Shown here piece by piece: positions 59,291 through 64,000 of a DNA stretch of 64,000 nt (its first letter is position 1; every line of letters starts with the position of its first letter). Below the pieces are notes generated by a model. That model saw only the letters and a program-made list of their open reading frames with translations. It had not been told where the DNA came from and did no database searches. This DNA comes from a bacterium (GTDB taxonomy: Bacteria; UBA8248), in NCBI GenBank assembly GCA_965202625.1, contig CBDBBI010000010.1, forward strand, positions 160,001 to 224,000. The letters run 5' to 3'. The position numbers and the translations under genes are program-made.

Positions 59291-60283
59291 CTAGTAGCCT
59301 TTCACGACCTCCTCGGGGACCGCCACGCCGCGCTCCTTCCAATAGCGCGCGGCGGCCGGATGCACCCAAATCTTGTGCACTTTCAGCGCGTTGAAGTTGC
59401 CGCTCAGGTCGCGCCAATACCGCGCCGTCTTGGTCAGCTGCTTGAGGTTGTCCGGATCCGCGATGACCTTCAGCATGTTGTAGATGGCGGCGTCGGACAT
59501 CTGTTTGTGAGCGATCCACCACACGTCGTAGGCGATGGAGCGCGCGGGCGCGGTCATTCCCCGGACTTCCTCTTGGGGAGGAATGGTGACGGGCACGTAG
59601 AAGCGGTGGTTGGAGATCACCGCCTTTTGCTCCGCCTCGGTGAGGCCGATGTAGCGCACCGGCTTCTGAATGGAGAGCCGCGTGATCGCCGGAATGGTGA
59701 AAGGGGCACCGGCCGAGCAATATACGTCGATCTGGCGATCGCCCAGGGCGCGCCCAGAGGCGGCGAAGCCCAGATAGCGCGGCTCGATCTTGTCGAGAAT
59801 GCCGACTGCGGCGAACATGTTTTTGCAGTTCACGTGGCTGCCGGTTCCCTGTTTGAGCAGGTTCACCCTCTTGCCCACCATGTCCTGATAGGACTTGATG
59901 GGGCTGTCCGCCAGAACGGCGATGATCTGGGACTGGGCGCGGACGTTGGCGACGATGCGGAAGTCCTTGCTGGCGCCGTCTTGCTTGAACAGGCCGGTGC
60001 CCGTCCATGATTGATGGACCTGGCCCACGTGTCCCCATGAGGTGCCGAACTCGCCGAGGCTCACGCGGCGGACGTTGGCGACCGAGCCGGCGGAGGGAGA
60101 ATACTGAAAGTAGAATTTTCTTCCGACTTTTCTGTTGAGAAGCTGGGTTCCCGCGCTGATGGCGGGGTGCCATCCGCCGCCGGAGGGACCGCCGCCAAAA
60201 CGATAGCGCTCGGCGGCGTCCGCCGCGCCCATCATGAGCGCCATGCACGCCGTCGTCGTCAGAAAGAATGCGAATCTTTTCAT
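59291..60283 (-). CDS. TAXI family TRAP transporter solute-binding subunit
   Basis: Signal peptide, GGGPSGGGW, SAGSVANV, DSPIKS..D..GKRV, VHPAAARYWKE; AAGGAG before ATG 60283. Confidence 0.92.
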   Translation of the reverse strand: MKRFAFFLTTTACMALMMGAADAAERYRFGGGPSGGGWHPAISAGTQLLNRKVGRKFYFQYSPSAGSVANVRRVSLGEFGTSWGHVGQVHQSWTGTGLFKQDGASKDFRIVANVRAQSQIIAVLADSPIKSYQDMVGKRVNLLKQGTGSHVNCKNMFAAVGILDKIEPRYLGFAASGRALGDRQIDVYCSAGAPFTIPAITRLSIQKPVRYIGLTEAEQKAVISNHRFYVPVTIPPQEEVRGMTAPARSIAYDVWWIAHKQMSDAAIYNMLKVIADPDNLKQLTKTARYWRDLSGNFNALKVHKIWVHPAAARYWKERGVAVPEEVVKGY

Positions 60284-60482
60284 TGTCCACTCCTTTAGTA
60301 GTAGATGGTGAAAACCTGCGCGATGTGGTGATGAAGCCCCATCACCGGATGAACGCTTCATCTCTATCTCTCGTGGAGAGTTCCCTTGCGCGCAATATCC
60401 GTCCATTCTTCTGAAGCTCCCCGTCTCATGCGCGCCTAGGGGACGCCCGCCGTTTCATCAAGACTGCGATATGAATGCGTCT

Positions 60483-60510
60483 ATTATCCCCTCTCTGAAA
60501 TCCGTGTCAA
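60483..60510 (-). promoter_or_regulatory. Putative sigma70 promoter of the TAXI-TRAP operon
   Basis: Minus strand TTGACA-16 nt-GATAAT in the divergent intergenic region. Confidence 0.45.
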
Positions 60511-60694
60511 GACCTGCACGCACGTCGGTACGGGACGGTAGCGAGAGGGCAGTTTTGGAAGGGAAAGGCGGGTTTTGAGGGCGAGAGCATTTTCTCTGAA
60601 TGTGTGATAAGGGGATAGGGGACGCGGGAGATTCTTTCATCACCGGCGGGAGAAAATCGGCGCCATGGCGTCAACTACCTGGGGGGAGAGGAAA

Positions 60695-61672
60695 ATGAAG
60701 GCGATATGCGTGCATGAATTCGGCGGTCCTGGGGTAATGGTGCTTGAGGAGGCGGAAGAGCGGACTCCGGCGGCGGGAGAAATTCTGGTGCGGGTGCGCG
60801 CGGCGGGAGTGAACCCTGTGGACACGACCTTTCGATCGGGTGCGCATCCATTGTCAAGAAACCTTGCTCTGCCCTGGACGCCCGGCATTGACGCGGCGGG
60901 CGAGGTGATGGCCGTCGGGGAGGGCGTGAGCGGATTCTCCCCTGGCGAGAGGGTTTTTGGCGCCGCGACGAGCGGGAGTTACGCAGAACAGGCGCTTCTC
61001 AACCCGTTGCGCACGGCGAAGCTTCCCGAGGGCGTATCCTATGAGGAGGGCGCTTCCTTTCCGGTCGTTTTATACACGGCCTATTACGCCCTGATATACA
61101 AGGCGCGCATCAGGGCGGGCGAGACGGTGCTCATCCACGCGGGGGCCGGCGGCGTGGGCTGCATGGCGATTCAAATCGCGAAGGCGGCCGGAGTTCGCGT
61201 CATCACGACGGTGAGCTCGGAGGAGAAGGCGGAATTTTGCCGAGGGTTTGGCGCCGACGTGATAGTGAATTACCGGGACGAGGATTTTGCGGAGCGTTGC
61301 CTGGCGGAGACCGAGGGGCGCGGGGTGGACGCCGTCGTCGAGATGGTGGCGACGGATAATTTCGACAAGGACTGCCGGGCGGTCAAAAAATATGGCTGCA
61401 TCGTCGTGCTGGGCGCCGGGACCGGCAAGAACCCGGTGGGTTCGGTGAACTATCCCCCCTTCTATTCCAAGGATATCGACGTCCGGGGGATGAGCCTGTT
61501 CAATTCGGACCCCGTGTTTCCGTACATGGCGCGTCAGTTGGATCTCCTGCTCGCCGAGGGGAGAGTGCGCGCCGCCGTGGGGGAGACGATGCCGCTCGCT
61601 GAGGCCGCGCGCGCCCACGAGGCGCTGATGACGGGCGAGGTTTTCGGGAAAATCGTCTTGTCGGTTGACTAG
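60695..61672 (+). CDS. NADPH:quinone reductase (zeta-crystallin-like MDR)
   Basis: FGGPGV, AAGVNPVD, TPGIDAAG, HAGAGGVG..AIQ.AK, GKIVL. Confidence 0.92.
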   Translation: MKAICVHEFGGPGVMVLEEAEERTPAAGEILVRVRAAGVNPVDTTFRSGAHPLSRNLALPWTPGIDAAGEVMAVGEGVSGFSPGERVFGAATSGSYAEQALLNPLRTAKLPEGVSYEEGASFPVVLYTAYYALIYKARIRAGETVLIHAGAGGVGCMAIQIAKAAGVRVITTVSSEEKAEFCRGFGADVIVNYRDEDFAERCLAETEGRGVDAVVEMVATDNFDKDCRAVKKYGCIVVLGAGTGKNPVGSVNYPPFYSKDIDVRGMSLFNSDPVFPYMARQLDLLLAEGRVRAAVGETMPLAEAARAHEALMTGEVFGKIVLSVD

Positions 61673-61774
61673 ACGAGGCGTCAAGCCCATCAAACGAGCC
61701 GGCGCGAATGGCGGCTTCGATTTGGTGCCCGGTGGGGGGCGTGCCCTTTGACGTGAAAATTTCGTAAGGAAATC

Positions 61775-62180
61775 ATGCAGAAAATCATCTGGGTGATCAA
61801 GAAAATCCTGCTGGTTTTGGTCGCTTGGGTTTTGGTCGCGGGAACTGTTGGAGCGATGATCTTCGGCGAAGTTCGTTCTTGGCCCAACTTGATCAGCGTC
61901 GCTGTGCCGATTTTCAGTCGCGGTGGAGCGTGGAGACGGGTTGCGGCCGCCTGCGCCGGATTCGCAGCAGGAAACCTGACCGTCCTGGCTTTTCGCACGG
62001 CGGCAAAATTGTATGTTGTGGCCAAAGGGGGTTTCAGCACGCCCGCTTTCTACGACGTCATTATCCACCGCCGGTAACATAGCTGGCATTGGTGCTGCTG
62101 TCGTCGCTCCGATTGTGAGCTTGGGGGTGGTTTTGCTGGTTTTGTGGTGGAACCGGACCCCCCTGAAATCGTCGAAGTGA
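61775..62180 (+). CDS. Hypothetical membrane protein, probably frameshifted near 62030-62050
   Basis: AAGGA before ATG 61775; hydrophobic ORF to 62077, with a further TM-like segment (AGNIAGIGAAVVAPIVSLGVVLLVLWWNR...K*) continuing in another frame to 62180. Confidence 0.5.
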
Positions 62181-62560
62181 TTCCCCATGTCCTGCGTGCG
62201 ACTTGAAAACCCTTGTAGCTGAGCAAAAATCATTGCGCATTTATGCGAAAATAATTCAGAATGCCCTGGAAAATGGCCGTTTTTCGGGCGTAAATGGCCG
62301 TGAAAAGGCCTTGAAAAGCCCTTCAAAGCGCGTCGTCGAGCGCGGCGGCGGCGAGGGTCTCCGCGTCTCCGGGCGCGGCGTCGATGGGGGATAATCGCCG
62401 CGTTCGTCATTGCGAGCAGTCGCCTTTCCGCCCGTTCGGGTGAAAAAACACAATGGGCGTCATCGGGAAAAGTTAAGGGAGAGCGCACAGCACGCTCCGT
62501 AAGTGGGCACTTGTAGTTCACAATGCGGATATCGGTAGCGAAGAGGATTGGGGGAAAGAC

Positions 62561-63733
62561 ATGGGCGCGTTGGACGGTATTCGCGTGCTGGACATGACGC
62601 ACTACGTGGCGGGGCCGTTCTGCACGCTGATGATGGGAGATGCGGGCGCCGACGTCGTCAAACTCGAGCCGCCCGAGGGCGATCGCGTCCGGAATTTTCC
62701 CTCCTCGTTTGCGGGGGAAAGCAGGCTGTTCCTGGGTTTGAACCGCAGCAAGCGCAGCCTCGCCCTGAACCTGCGCGCGGCGCGCGGCAGGGAGATCGCC
62801 AGAAAACTGGCCTCGGATGCGGACGTGTTCGTGGAGGGCTATCGTCCGGGAGCGGTCGAGAGGCTGGGGCTGGGCGCCGACGCGTTGATGCGGGAGAACC
62901 CCCGGCTGATTTATCTGTCCGTCTCCGCCTATGGACAGAGGGGTCCCTTGCGTGAGCGCAGGGGCATTGACCCCATCATCCAGACCACGGCGGGCATTCC
63001 GGCCGAGCAGGGGGCGGGCGGTCCTCCCCGACTCGTGCAGGGCTCTTTCGTGGATTACATTACCGGAGCACTGGCACTGGGCGCGGTGCTGATGGCGCTG
63101 TACGCCCGTGAGCGCACGGGCGAGGGGCAGCGCATCGACGCCTCGCTTCTGGGAGGCGCTGCGGCCGCCCAGTTTGGCCGTCTGATATGGGCGCCCGACT
63201 CTGAGCCTCTCTCGAGGGTGGAGGACGCCCTGAGCGACAGGATTTCCCGGATCTACGAGGTCGCCGACGGACATATCTACCTTTATCTGGACGTGGATGG
63301 TTTCTGGGAGAAATCCTGCGAGGTTCTCGGACTTCCCGAATTGCTTGAGAATGCCGCGTGGCAAGCTTTCAGAGGGCGGCATCGCGCGCGCGATGCCATT
63401 ATCCCCCGCGTCCAGAAGGTTTTGCTCGGGGCGTCGGCCGAGGAATGGGTGCGGAAGTTCGAGGGCGTCGGCGTGCCCTGCGCGCGCGTGAGAAAGCCTG
63501 CGGACCTGTTCGAGGATGAACAGATGAAGGCGATGGGCTATCTCGCCCAGGCGGAGCATCCCGAATACGGCGTTTTGCGCATGGCGGGCGTTCCTGTGCA
63601 GCTCGACAAGACGCCCTCGTCTGTGCGAAGGCCGCCGCCTCGCCTCGGGCAGCACACGGACGAAGTGCTCGGGGAGATGGGCCTCCCTCCCCGCGAGATA
63701 TCCGCCTTGCGCGCCGAGGAGGTCGTTCGCTGA
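62561..63733 (+). CDS. Class III CoA transferase (CaiB/BaiF family)
   Basis: ALDGIRVLD, AGPFC...GD.GADVVKLEPP.GD, NRSKRSLALNL, DVFVEGYRPG, PPRLGQHTDEVL. Confidence 0.94.
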   Translation: MGALDGIRVLDMTHYVAGPFCTLMMGDAGADVVKLEPPEGDRVRNFPSSFAGESRLFLGLNRSKRSLALNLRAARGREIARKLASDADVFVEGYRPGAVERLGLGADALMRENPRLIYLSVSAYGQRGPLRERRGIDPIIQTTAGIPAEQGAGGPPRLVQGSFVDYITGALALGAVLMALYARERTGEGQRIDASLLGGAAAAQFGRLIWAPDSEPLSRVEDALSDRISRIYEVADGHIYLYLDVDGFWEKSCEVLGLPELLENAAWQAFRGRHRARDAIIPRVQKVLLGASAEEWVRKFEGVGVPCARVRKPADLFEDEQMKAMGYLAQAEHPEYGVLRMAGVPVQLDKTPSSVRRPPPRLGQHTDEVLGEMGLPPREISALRAEEVVR

Positions 63734-63867
63734 TGGATTTTGTTTTTGCGGGCGCGCGCGATTGACCGAGGGGCGTCCCCGCGCTTAGCATTTCGCCGAA
63801 ACCCTGCGCGGCGACGCGATTTTTTGCGGCGAAACTCCTTCCCCATTTTCTCAAAACGGAGAGCGAA

Positions 63868-64000
63868 ATGATTCGGAAACTACGCACCGAGAGAGACAAC
63901 CAGCAGTGGATGCTCGATTTGGCGCTCAACATGAGGGGCCGCGTTCAGAACTTTGAGCGCGATTACCTGGAAGTCCCCCAGGGCAAGCGCGCCCACAATT
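63868..64000 (+). CDS. Partial CDS running off the window end (function not assignable)
   Basis: GGAGAG before ATG 63868; MIRKLRTERDNQQWMLDLALNMRGRVQNFERDY... stays open to the end. Confidence 0.6.
   Translation, partial: MIRKLRTERDNQQWMLDLALNMRGRVQNFERDYLEVPQGKRAHN

Noticed and set aside
62405-62455. GTCATTGCGAG... REP-like start upstream of the CoA transferase
   Set aside because: The palindromic partner is degenerate and there is no second copy in the window.
61070-63655. 861-aa minus-strand ORF
   Set aside because: Antisense shadow of the quinone reductase and CoA transferase genes; no motifs, and typical of high-GC DNA.
1-64000. CRISPR array, rRNA, IS element or prophage
   Set aside because: No regularly spaced repeats, rRNA-like tracts, transposase, integrase or phage structural genes were recognised.

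Overview
High-GC bacterial chromosomal segment. The taxon cannot be determined from the sequence alone, but a secreted ankyrin protein hints at a host-associated, possibly sponge-symbiont, lineage (inference). The backbone is housekeeping and catabolic: def, tRNA-Leu(GAG), an Opp-type ABC transporter, gap-pgk-tpiA-secG, hydantoinase/oxoprolinase A+B, rimI, cvpA, tag, tenA, aroA, two tandem acyl-CoA synthetases, and a TAXI-TRAP/citrate synthase/aconitase/PrpF operon. Five AT-richer islets without any integrase or transposase are scattered through it: (1) a ~1450-aa sacsin-like GHKL ATPase-DUF3883 nuclease whose ATPase motifs are in swapped order and whose ORF ends inside the tRNA-Leu gene; (2) a decayed DGQHR gene fused in frame to an MBL hydrolase; (3) an ankyrin + orphan cassette bracketed by inverted REP-like palindromes; (4) a telescoped SNF2-helicase remnant missed by the ORF track; (5) an intact 874-aa STAND/NB-ARC protein with an N-terminal HEPN-like RN-x4-H motif. 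Islets 1 and 5 are the best candidates for undescribed single-gene anti-phage systems. Several isolated single-base frameshifts may be sequencing errors. No CRISPR array, rRNA or IS element was seen. All family assignments come from motif recognition by eye, not from database searches.
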